From Escherichia coli (lineage in GTDB: Bacteria > Pseudomonadota > Gammaproteobacteria > Enterobacterales > Enterobacteriaceae): a stretch of DNA of 64,000 bases. This document shows, in pieces, positions 36,051 through 47,887 of the stretch (position 1 is the stretch's first letter; each line of letters opens with the position of its first letter). The notes beneath the pieces were generated by a model that was not told where the DNA came from, searched no databases, and saw nothing but the letters and a program-made list of their open reading frames with translations. Position numbers and translations under genes: made by a program. The stretch lies in assembly GCF_003018255.1 (NCBI RefSeq), contig NZ_CP027440.1. One strand, given 5' to 3'.

Positions 36051-36080
36051 AAAAAAAACAGGACCAAAGTCCTGTTTTTT
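36051..36080 (-). terminator. Rho-independent terminator of ompF
   Basis: Hairpin acaggac-caaa-gtcctgt flanked by A8 and T6; 26 nt downstream of the ompF stop. Confidence 0.7.
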
Positions 36081-36105
36081 CGGCATTTAACAAAGAGGTG
36101 TGCTA

Positions 36106-37194
36106 TTAGAACTGGTAAACGATACCCACAGCAACGGTGTCGTCAGAACCTACGCCCAGTTTGTTGTCAGAATCGATCTGGTTGATGATGTAGTCAACAT
36201 AGGTGGACATGTTTTTGTTGAAGTAGTAGGTTGCGCCCACTTCAAAGTAGTTAACCAGATCAACATCACCGATACCTTCTACGTCTTTCGCTTTAGATTT
36301 GGTGTAAGCGATGGACGGACGCAGACCGAAATCGAACTGGTATTGCGCAACTAACAGAACGTCTTGCGTTTTGTTGGCGAAGCCGCTGATGTTTGTAAAT
36401 TTATTAGTGATCGGCGTAGCGTTACGGGTTTCACCGTAGTTCGCTGCCAGGTAGATGTTGTTCGCGTCATACTTCAGACCAGTAGCCCACTGTTCAGCTT
36501 TTTTACCGTTGCCAAGAGGTTGAGCTTCTTGCAGGTTGGTACGGTCAGCGGCGCCATAAGCACCAACGATACCAAAGCCTTCGTATTCGTAGCTGATAGA
36601 ACCGCCAACACCGTCGCCGTTAGAGCGGCGTGCAGTGTCACGCTCGTTTTTACCCAGGTACTGAACAGCGAAGTTCAGGCCATCAACCAGACCAAAGAAG
36701 TTGGAGTTACGATAGGTAGCAACGCCGCCAACACGACCAACGAAGAAGTCATCGCTGTATGCCGTGTCACCGCCAAACTCAGGCAGCATATCGGTGTAAC
36801 CCAGTGCATCATAAACCACACCGTAGTTACGGCCGTAATCGAAAGAACCAACGTCAGCGTATTTAAGACCCGCGAATGCCAGACGCGTTTTGTTACCAGT
36901 TTGAGCGTCAGCGCCTTCAGAGTTGTTACCCTGGAAGTTATATTCCCACTGACCATAACCGGTCAGATCGGAATTGATTTGAGTTTCCCCTTTAAAACCA
37001 AGACGGGCATAGGTCATGTCACCATTGCCACCGTAACTGTTTTCACCGTTACCCTTGGAGAAATAATGCAGACCGACAGCTTTACCGTACAGATCTACTT
37101 TGTTGCCATCTTTGTTATAGATTTCTGCAGCGTTTGCAGTACCTGCTACTAACAGAGCAGGGACGATCACTGCCAGAATATTGCGCTTCATCAT
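36106..37194 (-). CDS. ompF: outer membrane porin F
   Basis: 362-aa ORF; signal peptide and C-terminal ...VGIVYQF; matches OmpF. Confidence 0.98.
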   Translation of the reverse strand: MMKRNILAVIVPALLVAGTANAAEIYNKDGNKVDLYGKAVGLHYFSKGNGENSYGGNGDMTYARLGFKGETQINSDLTGYGQWEYNFQGNNSEGADAQTGNKTRLAFAGLKYADVGSFDYGRNYGVVYDALGYTDMLPEFGGDTAYSDDFFVGRVGGVATYRNSNFFGLVDGLNFAVQYLGKNERDTARRSNGDGVGGSISYEYEGFGIVGAYGAADRTNLQEAQPLGNGKKAEQWATGLKYDANNIYLAANYGETRNATPITNKFTNISGFANKTQDVLLVAQYQFDFGLRPSIAYTKSKAKDVEGIGDVDLVNYFEVGATYYFNKNMSTYVDYIINQIDSDNKLGVGSDDTVAVGIVYQF

Positions 37195-37342
37195 TATTTA
37201 TTACCCTCATGGTTTTTTTATGACACCTGCCACTGCCGTCAATAAGTTCTGTCAATAAAAATTTACGGAACTATTGATGAGAGTTTGGTGTCTTTATGTG
37301 TCTGCAGGCATCTTTCCATTCAAACTAACGTTTCGCTACCGT

Positions 37343-37404
37343 GAAAGTGCTACAAAGATAAAGATTTGGTTTCAAAAAGAAAAAATATGTAACCAAAAGT
37401 AAAA
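37343..37404 (-). promoter_or_regulatory. OmpR-binding sites F1-F2-F3 of the ompF promoter
   Basis: Minus-strand sequence TTTACTTTTGGTTACATATTTTTTCTTTTTGAAACCAAATCTTTATCTTTGTAGCACTTTCACGG matches the classical ompF OmpR sites; ~110-nt 5' UTR follows. Confidence 0.65.
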
Positions 37405-37612
37405 TTTAAGGAACTTTGTGAACATCGTCATATTTCCATATAGGCGTGATGATATTTACAGCAATTTTTATCTATTTATATGATTTCCTTATATTTAAAT
37501 TAACTAAACGGAAATTTTGTTTCTGATGGAAACTTTATCGACCTGGCACAAAATCCTCTTTCAGACATCCAGAATGCCAAAAAATAGTATGAAAATTGTG
37601 CTATCAGCTAAG

Positions 37613-37650
37613 AAAAAACTAATCCGCAATAAGAATGCGGGTTATTTTTT
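37613..37650 (-). terminator. putative bidirectional terminator downstream of asnS
   Basis: Stem taatccgca-ataagaa-tgcgggtta (one G-U pair) flanked by A6 and T6. Confidence 0.5.
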
Positions 37651-37651
37651 G

Positions 37652-37683
37652 TGCGTAAATGTTGCAATGTAATATTCCGTAAC
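37652..37683 (-). promoter_or_regulatory. distal OmpR site F4 of ompF
   Basis: Minus-strand GTTACGGAATATTACATTGCAACATTTACG about 350-380 nt upstream of the inferred ompF transcription start. Confidence 0.5.
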
Positions 37684-37795
37684 AGGATGATCGTTATGGC
37701 GGGGTTGCAAATAGATTGCTTGACTTAACAAACAGATAACTTGACAGAAAGGATAAAAAAAGAGCCAGCGGGTGCTGGCTCTTGAAGACGCTAAA

Positions 37796-39196
37796 TTAGA
37801 AGCTGGCGTTACGCGGAGTACGTGGGAACGGAATCACATCACGCACGTTTTGCACACCAGTTACGTAAGCAATCAGGCGTTCAAAACCAAGACCGAAACC
37901 TGAATGCGGAACAGTACCGTAGCGACGCAGATCGCGATACCACCAGTAATCTTCTTTATTCAGGCCCATTTCCAGCATACGCTCGTCCAGCACGTCCAGA
38001 CGTTCTTCACGCTGGGAGCCACCAATGATCTCACCGATGCCCGGAGCCAGAACGTCCATAGCCGCAACGGTTTTACCGTCTTCGTTAAGGCGCATATAGA
38101 ACGCTTTAATATCTTTCGGATAGTTTTTAACCACTACCGGTGCTTTAAAGTGTTCTTCCGCCAGATAACGCTCATGCTCAGAAGAGAGATCGACGCCCCA
38201 GTAAACCGGGTTTTCAAACTTCCTGCCGCAGTTTTCGAGAATGGTCACTGCGTCGGTGTAATCCACCTGCGCGAAATCGGCCTCAATGAAGCGTTCCAGA
38301 CGTGAAACGGCATCTTTATCTACGCGTTCAGCGAAGAATTTCATGTCGTCAGCGCGTTCTTCGAGAACCGCTTTGAAGACATATTTCAGCATGGCTTCAG
38401 CCAGACCCGCGATATCGTTCAGGTTAGCAAACGCCACTTCCGGCTCCAGCATCCAGAATTCCGCCAGGTGACGGCTGGTGTTGGAGTTTTCAGCACGGAA
38501 AGTCGGGCCGAAGGTATAAATTTTGGACAATGCGCAAGCGTAGGTTTCGCCGTTCAACTGGCCAGATACGGTCAGGAAAGACTCTTTACCAAAGAAGTCT
38601 TTGTCGAAATCCACTTTGCCCTGATCGTTACGCGGCAGATTTTCCAGATCCAGCGTAGAAACACGGAACATTTCGCCTGCACCTTCGGTATCAGATGCGG
38701 TAATCAGTGGCGTTGAAACCCAGAAAAATCCCTGCTCGTTAAAGAAGCGATGCAGCGCCTGCGCCAGCGTATGGCGAACGCGCGCGACGGCACCAATCAG
38801 GTTTGTGCGCGGACGCAGGTGAGCGACTTCACGCAGATACTCAATGCTGTGGCGTTTTGCCGCCATCGGGTAAGTGTCTGGATCTTCAACCCAACCAGCA
38901 ACTTCAACCTTGCTGGCCTGAATTTCAAATTGTTGCCCCTGGCCCGGCGACGCCACGACTTTACCCGTCACAATGACCGAGCAGCCGGTGGTCAGACGCA
39001 AGACGTCTTCATTGTAATTGGGCAGAGAATTATTGATGACAGCCTGTACAGGATCAAAGCAGGAACCGTCATAAACGGCGAGGAAGGAGATGCCAGCTTT
39101 TGAATCTCGGCGGGTACGTACCCATCCGCGCACGGTGACTTCGCTGTCAACGGCTACGCGGCCCTGGAGTACGTCGGCTACAGGCACAACGCTCAT
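37796..39196 (-). CDS. asnS: asparaginyl-tRNA synthetase
   Basis: ORF 37796..39241 (GTG); start moved to ATG 39194-39196 ([10 protein letters not shown]...) giving 466 aa; class II aaRS motifs. Confidence 0.95.
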
Positions 39197-39331
39197 AATA
39201 TTCTCTCTGTTAATAGTCGGAAAAAATAAACACTTGTCCACCCGTAAATGGGGGGATACCTATGTTACCTGGCATCTGCAATCAGACAAGCAGAATTCGC
39301 AAATGCAGCGAAAGATTTCGGAATTAAAGGT

Positions 39332-39356
39332 AAAAAAAGGGAGCCGATTAGCTCCC
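39332..39356 (-). terminator. Rho-independent terminator of pncB
   Basis: On the minus strand hairpin gggagc-taatcg-gctccc followed by TTTTTTT, just downstream of the pncB stop. Confidence 0.7.
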
Positions 39357-39364
39357 TGATGATA

Positions 39365-40567
39365 TTAACTGGCTTTTTTAATATGCGGAAGGTCGAACGC
39401 TTTGCGTAGCGCCCGAACAAACGCTTTATCGTGGCAGATAGTTTTGCCTGGGCTGTCAGAAAGTTTCGCCACTGGTTTACCGTTACACTCTACCAACTTA
39501 ATGACAATATTCAGGGGTTTTACCTGGGGGATATCGCAGGTCAGGCGAGTCCCAATACCAAAACTTAATTGCACGCGGGAAGAGAAGTGGCGGTATAGCT
39601 CAACCGCTTTGCGTAAATCCAGATTGTCAGAGAAAACCAGCGTTTTACTCTGTGGATCAATTCCCAGCTTTTCATAATGTGCAATGGCTTTTTCACCCCA
39701 TTCAACCGGGTCACCAGAGTCATGGCGCAGGCCCTGATAGCGACTGGCGAACTCGACACCGAAATCTCGCAGGAAAGCATCCATAGTGATGCAGTCGGTT
39801 AACGCAATGCCAAGTTGGTCGGGATACTCTTCCAGCCAGGCAGCAAGTGCAGCTCGCTGGCTGTTGGCTAGATCCGGGCTGATTTGCTGATGCGCCTGGA
39901 ACCATTCGTGTGCCTGTGTTCCCATCGGCGTGAGGGAAAGCCGACGCGCCAGATCGTAGTTGCTGGTGCCCACGAACCAGGATTCCTGTTGCAGACGTTT
40001 CACGATGGTTTCTTGTACTTCACGAGAAAAACGTCGGCGGGTGCCAAAATCCATCAGATGGAAGCGCGACATATCAAGACCGGCGGTTAATGCCGAGAAG
40101 TCGGCTAATTTGCTTTCCAGCGTGTCGAGGGCTTGCGCAACGTCGGCCTGCGGTGAGCGATAGCGATGTACCATTTCACTGATAACCGCCAGCAAAGGAA
40201 CTTCCCAGAGGATGACTTCACGCCACGGGCCGCTTAAACGAATATCCAGCTTGCCATTATCGTTGGACACGGTGACTTGTTCCGGGTTAAAGCGGAACTC
40301 GCGTAGCCAGTTAAGATAGTCGGCCTTAAAGAAAGGCAGGGCAGAGAGCCACTGATATTCATCATCCTGCAGGCGCAGGTACTGCATCGCCTGAACCTGT
40401 TCACGAATAGCATCGGCATAAATACCCAGCAGATCGTCACCTCGGCAACGAAACTCCGCCGCGACATGCACATCGTAATAGTGATGAAACACGGCTTGCT
40501 GCATATGCAACTTATAAGCATCTGTATCCAGCAACGAGTGCAGAACAGGAGAAGCGAATTGTGTCAT
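39365..40567 (-). CDS. pncB: nicotinate phosphoribosyltransferase
   Basis: ORF 39365..40615; known N-terminus [10 protein letters not shown] at the 17th codon, giving 400 aa; start coordinate derived from the ORF track (see noticed_but_rejected). Confidence 0.93.
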   Translation of the reverse strand: MTQFASPVLHSLLDTDAYKLHMQQAVFHHYYDVHVAAEFRCRGDDLLGIYADAIREQVQAMQYLRLQDDEYQWLSALPFFKADYLNWLREFRFNPEQVTVSNDNGKLDIRLSGPWREVILWEVPLLAVISEMVHRYRSPQADVAQALDTLESKLADFSALTAGLDMSRFHLMDFGTRRRFSREVQETIVKRLQQESWFVGTSNYDLARRLSLTPMGTQAHEWFQAHQQISPDLANSQRAALAAWLEEYPDQLGIALTDCITMDAFLRDFGVEFASRYQGLRHDSGDPVEWGEKAIAHYEKLGIDPQSKTLVFSDNLDLRKAVELYRHFSSRVQLSFGIGTRLTCDIPQVKPLNIVIKLVECNGKPVAKLSDSPGKTICHDKAFVRALRKAFDLPHIKKAS

Positions 40568-40596
40568 AGGTGCGCAGTAGCGTCCTCGTACAGGAG

Positions 40597-40613
40597 CGTT
40601 TAGTACAATAAAC
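40597..40613 (-). promoter_or_regulatory. candidate NadR operator upstream of pncB
   Basis: Minus-strand TGTTTATTGTACTAAAC has imperfect dyad TGTTTA...TAAAC, 30-45 nt upstream of the pncB start; pncB is a known NadR target. Confidence 0.35.
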
Positions 40614-40832
40614 ATCTTCAGGAACTGCTGGAGTATACCTTGTTTCGCAATTTATTGAACCCCGATCACACCATATGCCACCTTTCTGGTCGATGGCATT
40701 ACGCGGTGTATGTTATAAAAATGTAGCAATAAAGGCGTTTGTACCTGAAAAGATGAAGATTCTGCATAGCGCGATTTACGCAACAGGAATAGACTGAACA
40801 CCAGACTCTATAAAAGATGCTAAAGGTTATTT

Positions 40833-43445
40833 ATGACTCAACAGCCACAAGCCAAATACCGTCACGATTATCGTGCGCCGGATTACCAGATTACTGATAT
40901 TGACTTGACCTTTGACCTGGACGCGCAAAAGACGGTCGTTACCGCGGTCAGCCAGGCTGTCCGTCATGGTGCATCAGATGTTCCGCTTCGTCTCAACGGC
41001 GAAGACCTCAAACTGGTTTCTGTTTATATTAATGATGAGCCGTGGACCGCCTGGAAAGAAGAAGAGGGCGCACTGGTCATCAGTAATTTGCCGGAGCGTT
41101 TTACGCTTAAGATCGTTAATGAAATTAGCCCGGCGGCGAATACTGCGCTGGAAGGGCTTTATCAGTCAGGCGATGCGCTTTGCACCCAGTGTGAAGCCGA
41201 AGGTTTCCGCCATATTACGTATTATCTCGACCGCCCGGATGTGCTGGCGCGTTTTACCACCAAAATTATTGCCGATAAAACCAAATATCCCTTCCTGCTT
41301 TCCAACGGTAACCGCGTTGCGCAAGGTGAACTGGAAAATGGACGTCATTGGGTACGGTGGCAGGACCCGTTCCCGAAACCGTGCTACCTGTTTGCGCTGG
41401 TGGCAGGCGACTTTGATGTGCTGCGCGACACTTTCACCACGCGTTCTGGTCGCGAAGTAGCGCTGGAGCTGTATGTCGATCGTGGCAACCTTGATCGTGC
41501 GCCGTGGGCAATGACCTCGCTGAAAAACTCCATGAAATGGGATGAAGAACGCTTCGGCCTGGAGTATGACCTCGACATCTATATGATCGTCGCGGTGGAT
41601 TTCTTCAATATGGGCGCAATGGAGAATAAGGGGCTGAATATCTTTAACTCCAAATATGTGCTGGCCCGCACCGACACCGCCACCGACAAAGATTACCTCG
41701 ATATTGAACGCGTTATCGGCCATGAATATTTCCATAACTGGACCGGCAACCGTGTCACCTGTCGCGACTGGTTCCAGCTCAGTCTGAAAGAAGGTTTAAC
41801 CGTCTTCCGCGATCAGGAATTCAGCTCTGACCTTGGTTCCCGCGCGGTAAACCGTATCAATAATGTGCGCACCATGCGCGGATTGCAGTTTGCAGAAGAC
41901 GCCAGCCCGATGGCGCACCCAATTCGCCCGGATATGGTCATTGAAATGAACAACTTCTACACCCTGACCGTTTACGAGAAGGGCGCGGAAGTGATTCGTA
42001 TGATCCACACTCTGCTTGGCGAAGAAAACTTCCAGAAAGGGATGCAGCTCTATTTCGAGCGTCATGATGGTAGCGCAGCGACCTGTGACGACTTTGTGCA
42101 GGCGATGGAAGATGCGTCGAATGTCGATCTTTCCCATTTCCGCCGTTGGTACAGCCAATCCGGCACGCCGGTTGTGACTGTCAAAGACGACTACAATCCG
42201 GAAACTGAGCAGTACACCCTGACCATCAGCCAGCGCACGCCAGCTACGCCGGATCAGGCAGAAAAACAGCCGCTGCATATTCCGTTTGCCATCGAACTGT
42301 ATGATAACGAAGGCAAAGTGATCCCGTTGCAGAAAGGCGGTCATCCGGTGAATTCGGTGCTGAACGTCACCCAGGCTGAACAGACCTTTGTTTTTGATAA
42401 TGTCTACTTCCAGCCGGTGCCTGCGCTGCTGTGCGAATTCTCTGCGCCAGTGAAACTGGAATATAAGTGGAGCGATCAGCAACTGACCTTCCTGATGCGT
42501 CATGCGCGTAATGATTTCTCCCGTTGGGATGCGGCGCAAAGCCTGCTGGCAACCTACATCAAGCTAAACGTCGCCCGTCATCAGCAAGGGCAGCTGCTGT
42601 CTCTGCCGGTGCATGTGGCTGACGCTTTCCGCGCGGTGCTGCTCGATGAGAAGATTGATCCAGCGCTGGCGGCAGAAATCCTGACGCTGCCTTCTGTCAA
42701 TGAAATGGCTGAACTGTTCGATATCATCGACCCGATTGCTATTGCCGAAGTACGCGAAGCACTCACTCGTACTCTGGCGACTGAACTGGCGGATGAGCTA
42801 CTGGCTATTTACAACGCGAATTACCAGAGCGAGTACCGTGTTGAGCATGAAGATATTGCAAAACGCACTCTGCGTAATGCCTGCCTGCGCTTCCTTGCTT
42901 TTGGTGAAACGCATCTGGCTGACGTGCTGGTGAGCAAGCAATACCATGAAGCAAACAATATGACCGATGCGCTGGCAGCGCTTTCTGCGGCGGTTGCTGC
43001 ACAGCTGCCTTGCCGTGACGCGCTGATGCAGGAGTACGACGACAAGTGGCATCAGGATGGTCTGGTGATGGATAAATGGTTTATCCTGCAAGCCACCAGC
43101 CCGGCGGCGAATGTGCTGGAGACGGTGCGTGGCCTGTTGCAGCATCGCTCATTTACCATGAGCAACCCGAACCGTATTCGTTCGTTGATTGGTGCGTTTG
43201 CGGGCAGCAACCCGGCAGCGTTCCATGCCGAAGATGGCAGCGGTTACCAGTTCCTGGTGGAAATGCTTACCGACCTCAACAGCCGTAACCCGCAGGTGGC
43301 TTCACGCCTGATTGAGCCGCTGATTCGCCTGAAACGTTACGATGCCAAACGTCAGGAGAAAATGCGCGCGGCGCTGGAGCAGTTGAAAGGGCTGGAAAAT
43401 CTCTCTGGCGATCTGTACGAGAAGATAACTAAAGCACTGGCTTGA
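40833..43445 (+). CDS. pepN: aminopeptidase N (M1 family)
   Basis: 870-aa ORF; HEYFHNW...E zinc motif and GAMEN; matches PepN. Confidence 0.97.
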   Translation: MTQQPQAKYRHDYRAPDYQITDIDLTFDLDAQKTVVTAVSQAVRHGASDVPLRLNGEDLKLVSVYINDEPWTAWKEEEGALVISNLPERFTLKIVNEISPAANTALEGLYQSGDALCTQCEAEGFRHITYYLDRPDVLARFTTKIIADKTKYPFLLSNGNRVAQGELENGRHWVRWQDPFPKPCYLFALVAGDFDVLRDTFTTRSGREVALELYVDRGNLDRAPWAMTSLKNSMKWDEERFGLEYDLDIYMIVAVDFFNMGAMENKGLNIFNSKYVLARTDTATDKDYLDIERVIGHEYFHNWTGNRVTCRDWFQLSLKEGLTVFRDQEFSSDLGSRAVNRINNVRTMRGLQFAEDASPMAHPIRPDMVIEMNNFYTLTVYEKGAEVIRMIHTLLGEENFQKGMQLYFERHDGSAATCDDFVQAMEDASNVDLSHFRRWYSQSGTPVVTVKDDYNPETEQYTLTISQRTPATPDQAEKQPLHIPFAIELYDNEGKVIPLQKGGHPVNSVLNVTQAEQTFVFDNVYFQPVPALLCEFSAPVKLEYKWSDQQLTFLMRHARNDFSRWDAAQSLLATYIKLNVARHQQGQLLSLPVHVADAFRAVLLDEKIDPALAAEILTLPSVNEMAELFDIIDPIAIAEVREALTRTLATELADELLAIYNANYQSEYRVEHEDIAKRTLRNACLRFLAFGETHLADVLVSKQYHEANNMTDALAALSAAVAAQLPCRDALMQEYDDKWHQDGLVMDKWFILQATSPAANVLETVRGLLQHRSFTMSNPNRIRSLIGAFAGSNPAAFHAEDGSGYQFLVEMLTDLNSRNPQVASRLIEPLIRLKRYDAKRQEKMRAALEQLKGLENLSGDLYEKITKALA

Positions 43446-43462
43446 TACTTTTGAGCCAAAAT

Positions 43463-43609
43463 GCCGGATGCGACGCTTGACGCGTCTTATCAGGCCTACA
43501 AGTCCGTTGAAAATGCTGGTTTTGTAGGCTGGATAAGGCGTTCACGCCGCATCCGGCAGCCGTGCCCAAATGCCTGATGCGACGCTTGACGCGTCTTATC
43601 AGGCCTACA
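43463..43609. repeat. REP elements forming a BIME (three copies in alternating orientation)
   Basis: gccggatgcgacgcttgacgcgtcttatcaggcctaca (43463-43500), inverted copy 43524-43560, near-identical copy 43571-43609; a partial fourth copy follows at 43631-43648; lies between convergent pepN and ssuB. Confidence 0.85.
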
Positions 43610-43650
43610 ATCCGTTGAAACTGCTGGTTTTGTGTGCCACATCCGGCATA

Positions 43651-44418
43651 TTAACCATGACGCCGAATCGGTTGTTCAGAGTGCCCACGCTGCATCACCC
43701 GTTGCAAAACTTCCGCTTCCAGCTCCGCTAATCGCACCGACCCTAACCGGCGCGGACGGGGGATATCCACCGTCAAATCCAGACCAATTTTTCCCTCTTC
43801 AATTAACAATACCCGGTCAGCCATTGCTACCGCTTCGCTCACATCATGCGTCACCAACAGTACGGTAAAGCCGTGCTCCTGCCAAAGTGACACAATCAAA
43901 TCCTGCATCTCGAGCCGAGTCAGGGCGTCCAGCGCCCCGAGCGGTTCATCAAGCAATAATAAACCCGGTCGATGAATTAACGCTCTTGCCAGCGCCACAC
44001 GCTGTTTCTGCCCGCCAGAAAGTGCGGCAGGCCATTCCCCTGCGCGGTTCTCCAGTCCTACTGCAGCCAACGCCCGACGCGCGGCATCGCGCCACTGGCC
44101 TTTAAGGCCTAACCCAACGTTATCAATCACCGATTTCCACGGTAGCAGACGCGCATCCTGAAACATCATTCGCGTGTCTTCCTGAATCTCAGCCAGCGGT
44201 GTGGTGCCCGCTAACACGTCGCCTGCGGTTGGCGTTTCCAGACCTGCCAGCAGGCGCAGCAGGGTACTTTTGCCACCACCGCTGCGGCCCACCACCGCCA
44301 CAAACTGACCTGCCGGAATATGTAAATCCAGTTGGTTCAGGACGATATTTTCCGCGTATTGTTTGCTTACTGCATTGAGCAACAATGGTGTGCCCTGGTT
44401 CAGACGAGCAGTATTCAT
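43651..44418 (-). CDS. ssuB: aliphatic sulfonate ABC transporter ATP-binding protein
   Basis: 255-aa ORF; Walker [18 protein letters not shown]; matches SsuB. Confidence 0.96.
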   Translation of the reverse strand: MNTARLNQGTPLLLNAVSKQYAENIVLNQLDLHIPAGQFVAVVGRSGGGKSTLLRLLAGLETPTAGDVLAGTTPLAEIQEDTRMMFQDARLLPWKSVIDNVGLGLKGQWRDAARRALAAVGLENRAGEWPAALSGGQKQRVALARALIHRPGLLLLDEPLGALDALTRLEMQDLIVSLWQEHGFTVLLVTHDVSEAVAMADRVLLIEEGKIGLDLTVDIPRPRRLGSVRLAELEAEVLQRVMQRGHSEQPIRRHG

Positions 44419-45206
44419 ACCGTGGCCTCCTTCAAATGATAAGCCGGGTTCCAGCGCAACCAGAGACGCTCTAACAGCTGCGCGCTGACGTCAGCAAGTT
44501 TGCCGAGCAGGGCGTAAAGAATAATAGCGACTACCACCACGTCCGTTTGCAGAAACTCCCGCGCATTCATCGCCAGATAACCAATGCCGGAATTGGCAGA
44601 AATAGTTTCGGCAACGATCAGCGTCAGCCACATCAGGCCCAAAGCAAAACGCACGCCGACCATAATTGAGGGCAGGGCGCCAGGCAGGATCACATGGATA
44701 AACAGCGGTATGCCGGATAATCCATAGCTACGCGCCATTTCCACCAGACCGCGATCGATATTACGGATGCCGTGCCAGGTGTTGATATAAATGGGGAATA
44801 GCGTGCCGAGCGCCACCAGAAAGATTTTTGCGGATTCATCAATGCCAAACCACAAAATCACCAGCGGGATCAGCGCCAGATGCGGCACGTTACGCAACAT
44901 CTGAATGGAGGTATCCAGCAGTCGTTCTCCCCAGCGAGATAGCCCGCTAATCAGTCCCAAAATCAACCCCAGCGATCCGCCAATTGAAAAGCCAATGAGC
45001 GCCCGCCAGGAGCTGATCGCCAGATGCTGCCACAATTCGCCGCTGGCGGAGAGCGTCCAGAACGCCATCACCACTCCTTCCGGTGAGGGCAAAATACGCG
45101 TTGACAGCCAGCCAACTGAGGAGGCCAGTTGCCACACCGCCACGATGCCCACCGGTAAAAACCAGGGGGCAACGCGCAATAACCACTTTTTCACTGGCGT
45201 TGCCAT
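44415..45206 (-). CDS. ssuC: aliphatic sulfonate ABC transporter permease
   Basis: 263-aa ORF; multi-pass membrane protein; overlaps ssuB start by 4 nt. Confidence 0.95.
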   Translation of the reverse strand: MATPVKKWLLRVAPWFLPVGIVAVWQLASSVGWLSTRILPSPEGVVMAFWTLSASGELWQHLAISSWRALIGFSIGGSLGLILGLISGLSRWGERLLDTSIQMLRNVPHLALIPLVILWFGIDESAKIFLVALGTLFPIYINTWHGIRNIDRGLVEMARSYGLSGIPLFIHVILPGALPSIMVGVRFALGLMWLTLIVAETISANSGIGYLAMNAREFLQTDVVVVAIILYALLGKLADVSAQLLERLWLRWNPAYHLKEATV

Positions 45207-45217
45207 TATCGTATTCC

Positions 45218-46363
45218 TTAGCTTTGCGCGACGTTACGGGGGATAAAATCATTTGCCACCGCTTCGCCTTGCGGATTCAGCGGCTGCGGCTGGGGAATTT
45301 CCGGGATGGCGACATCCAGATGCGGGAACAGCAACTCGCCAACCCGATACGCTTCTTCCAGATGCGGGTAGCCCGAAAGCACAAAGCTGTCGATGCCAAG
45401 CGCGGCGTATTCGTTGATTCGCGCAGCGACCGTCGGACCATCGCCCACCAGTGCCGTCCCGGCACCGCCGCGCACTAAGCCAACGCCCGCCCATAAATTG
45501 GGGCTGATCTCCAGATTGTCGCGCTTGCCGTTATGTAGCGCCGCCATTCGCTGTTGTCCTACGGAATCCGTCCGGGCGAATGCGGCTTGTGCTTTGGCGA
45601 TAGTCTCATCATCAAGATGCGAGATTAACCGCTCGGCGGCCTGCCACGCTTCGTCGTTGGTTTCACGAACAATCACATGCAGACGAATACCGAAACGAAT
45701 TTTGCGTCCATGCGCGGCAGCTTTCGCCCGCACTTGTTCGATTTTCTCTTTAACCAGTTCCGGCGGTTCGCCCCAGGTGAGGTAGAGATCAACTTGTTCT
45801 GCCGCCAGCTCCTGGGCGACATCTGACGATCCGCCAAAGTAAAGCGGAGGATACGGCTGTTGAATCGGCGGGAAGAGCAGTTTGGCTCCGCGCACATGAA
45901 TATGTTTACCGTTGAAATTGACGGTTTCCCCCAGCAATAAGCGCCGCCAGACCTGGGTAAATTCCGCCGAGGCTTCGTAGCGCTCGCTATGATCAAGGAA
46001 CACGCCGTCGCCTGCCAGCTCTTGTGGATCGCTGCCTGTGACCAGATTAAACAACGCACGACCATTCGAGAGACGGTCAAGCGTGGCGGCCTGGCGGGCG
46101 GCAACGGTAGGTGAGGTTACGCTGGGACGCAGGGCGACAAGAAACTTCAGCCGTTGCGTCACCGGGATCATCGACGCGGCAACCAGCCACGCATCTTCAC
46201 ACGATCGTCCTGTTGGGATCAGCACACCGGTATAACCCAGACGATCCGCCGCTTGCGCAATTTGTTGCAGATAACCGTGATCAACCGGACGTGAACCTTC
46301 TTCCGTTCCCAGATAGTGCCCGTCACCATGGGTCGGTAAAAACCAGAACATATTCAGACTCAT
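45218..46363 (-). CDS. ssuD: FMNH2-dependent alkanesulfonate monooxygenase
   Basis: 381-aa ORF; matches SsuD. Confidence 0.96.
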   Translation of the reverse strand: MSLNMFWFLPTHGDGHYLGTEEGSRPVDHGYLQQIAQAADRLGYTGVLIPTGRSCEDAWLVAASMIPVTQRLKFLVALRPSVTSPTVAARQAATLDRLSNGRALFNLVTGSDPQELAGDGVFLDHSERYEASAEFTQVWRRLLLGETVNFNGKHIHVRGAKLLFPPIQQPYPPLYFGGSSDVAQELAAEQVDLYLTWGEPPELVKEKIEQVRAKAAAHGRKIRFGIRLHVIVRETNDEAWQAAERLISHLDDETIAKAQAAFARTDSVGQQRMAALHNGKRDNLEISPNLWAGVGLVRGGAGTALVGDGPTVAARINEYAALGIDSFVLSGYPHLEEAYRVGELLFPHLDVAIPEIPQPQPLNPQGEAVANDFIPRNVAQS

Positions 46364-47319
46364 AATTGTTTTCCTTCCAGTTGAGTGGGCTGCCAGATGC
46401 GCTGGCGAATATCGACTTTTTTCGGCACCAGACGGTTTTCATAAAACAGATCTGCCGTTTGCTGCTGTAAGGCGGCAACTTCAGCGCTCAACGGTTTGAT
46501 GGTGGTGGGAGGACGATGATCCAGATATGAGGCAATAACCGGTGCCGGTAAGCCCATCGTTTTTGCCAGTAAAGCGATGCTTTGTTCGCGCTGGCTGCGG
46601 GTTAACGCATCGGCCTCACTAAAGGTTGTCAGCACACCCTGAATAAAAGCGCCGTTTTTTTCTGCATACGGACGAGCTGCCAGATAAAACGATCCAGTTT
46701 GATTGAGATCGGTGCCGTCTTTCAGCACCCGCACGCCGCCCTGTAATAATGCAGCGGAGTAGTAGGGATCCCAGATAGCCCAGGCGTCAACGTTACCTTG
46801 CTGGAACGCGGCGCGGGCATCGGCAGGCGTCAGGTAAGTGGGCTGAATATCCGTGAATTTAAGCCCGGCCTGGCGAAGGGCTCGCAGTAAAAGATTGTGC
46901 GAACTGGAACCTTTCTGAAAGGCAACTTTGTGACCTTTAAGATCGGCTACGGTTTTGATCGGGCTGTTTTCTGCCACCAGAATCACTTCGGCTTTGGGTT
47001 TCGGTGGCTCGACGCCCACGTATACCAAATCAGCCCCGGCAGCCTGGGCAAAGATTGGCGGAATATCCCCGGTACTGCCGAGATCGATACTGCCAACGTT
47101 TAACGCCTCCAGCATCTGTGGGCCAGCGGGGAACTCCACCCAGGAGATTTTTGTTTGCGGATAGCGTTTTTCCAGTAACTGGTGGCTTTTTGCCAGCACC
47201 ATACCAATACTGCCTTTTTGATAGCCTATACGTAACGCCTCTGGCGAAGACTCCGCGGCAACAGCAAGTGTAGAGACGCTAAGTAAACCCGCCAGCGCCA
47301 GTTTAATGATCTTACGCAT
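46360..47319 (-). CDS. ssuA: aliphatic sulfonate periplasmic binding protein
   Basis: ORF 46360..47361; start moved to ATG 47317-47319 ([12 protein letters not shown]...) giving 319 aa with signal peptide; overlaps ssuE 3' end by 8 nt. Confidence 0.93.
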   Translation of the reverse strand: MRKIIKLALAGLLSVSTLAVAAESSPEALRIGYQKGSIGMVLAKSHQLLEKRYPQTKISWVEFPAGPQMLEALNVGSIDLGSTGDIPPIFAQAAGADLVYVGVEPPKPKAEVILVAENSPIKTVADLKGHKVAFQKGSSSHNLLLRALRQAGLKFTDIQPTYLTPADARAAFQQGNVDAWAIWDPYYSAALLQGGVRVLKDGTDLNQTGSFYLAARPYAEKNGAFIQGVLTTFSEADALTRSQREQSIALLAKTMGLPAPVIASYLDHRPPTTIKPLSAEVAALQQQTADLFYENRLVPKKVDIRQRIWQPTQLEGKQL

Positions 47320-47887
47320 GGGCATTACCTCGCAGAGACAGAAGGTCAGGAACCTGAACATCGCGGCGGTGCAACGCCTGCCAGAAAGTTTCTAGCGCGG
47401 TATCAAGACGAGTTTGCAGATTTGGCGTGAACTGGGGTTTGTGTTGGTAATCAATTACTTGCGAGTCATCGGCAAACACGCCGTGCAGGATCTCCTGGGC
47501 TTTCAGCGTACTTAAAACTGGCTTAAGGGCATAATCGACCGCCAGCAGATGGGCCACGGTGCCGCCTGTCGCCAGCGGCAGCACCACTTTGCCTTGCAAC
47601 GCACGTTCTGGCAGCAGGTCGAGCAGGGTTTTCAGCGCGCCGGAATAGGCGGCTTTATACACAGGCGTGGCGACAATCAGCCCATCGGCCTGTTGCAGCT
47701 GTTCGGTGAAGGTCTTGAGTGCCGGACTATCGAAACGAGCATAAAGCAGATCTTCCGGGACGAAGTTTTGCAAATTCCAGTGATAAACCTCTACATCCAG
47801 GCCATTTAGTTTTTCCCGCGCATATTCCAGCAAGGAGCTGGAGCGAGAAGGAAAGCGAGGACTACCCGCCAGGGTGATGACACGCAT
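47312..47887 (-). CDS. ssuE: NADPH-dependent FMN reductase
   Basis: 191-aa ORF; matches SsuE. Confidence 0.96.
   Translation of the reverse strand: MRVITLAGSPRFPSRSSSLLEYAREKLNGLDVEVYHWNLQNFVPEDLLYARFDSPALKTFTEQLQQADGLIVATPVYKAAYSGALKTLLDLLPERALQGKVVLPLATGGTVAHLLAVDYALKPVLSTLKAQEILHGVFADDSQVIDYQHKPQFTPNLQTRLDTALETFWQALHRRDVQVPDLLSLRGNAHA

Noticed and set aside
40495-40505. Apparent 1-nt frame inconsistency in pncB when I translate the printed sequence by hand near 40500
   Set aside because: The supplied ORF track gives an uninterrupted 416-aa frame that matches PncB throughout, and the flanking genes index correctly, so this is almost certainly my misreading of one base in the text. pncB coordinates are taken from the ORF track and may be off by 1 nt at the start.
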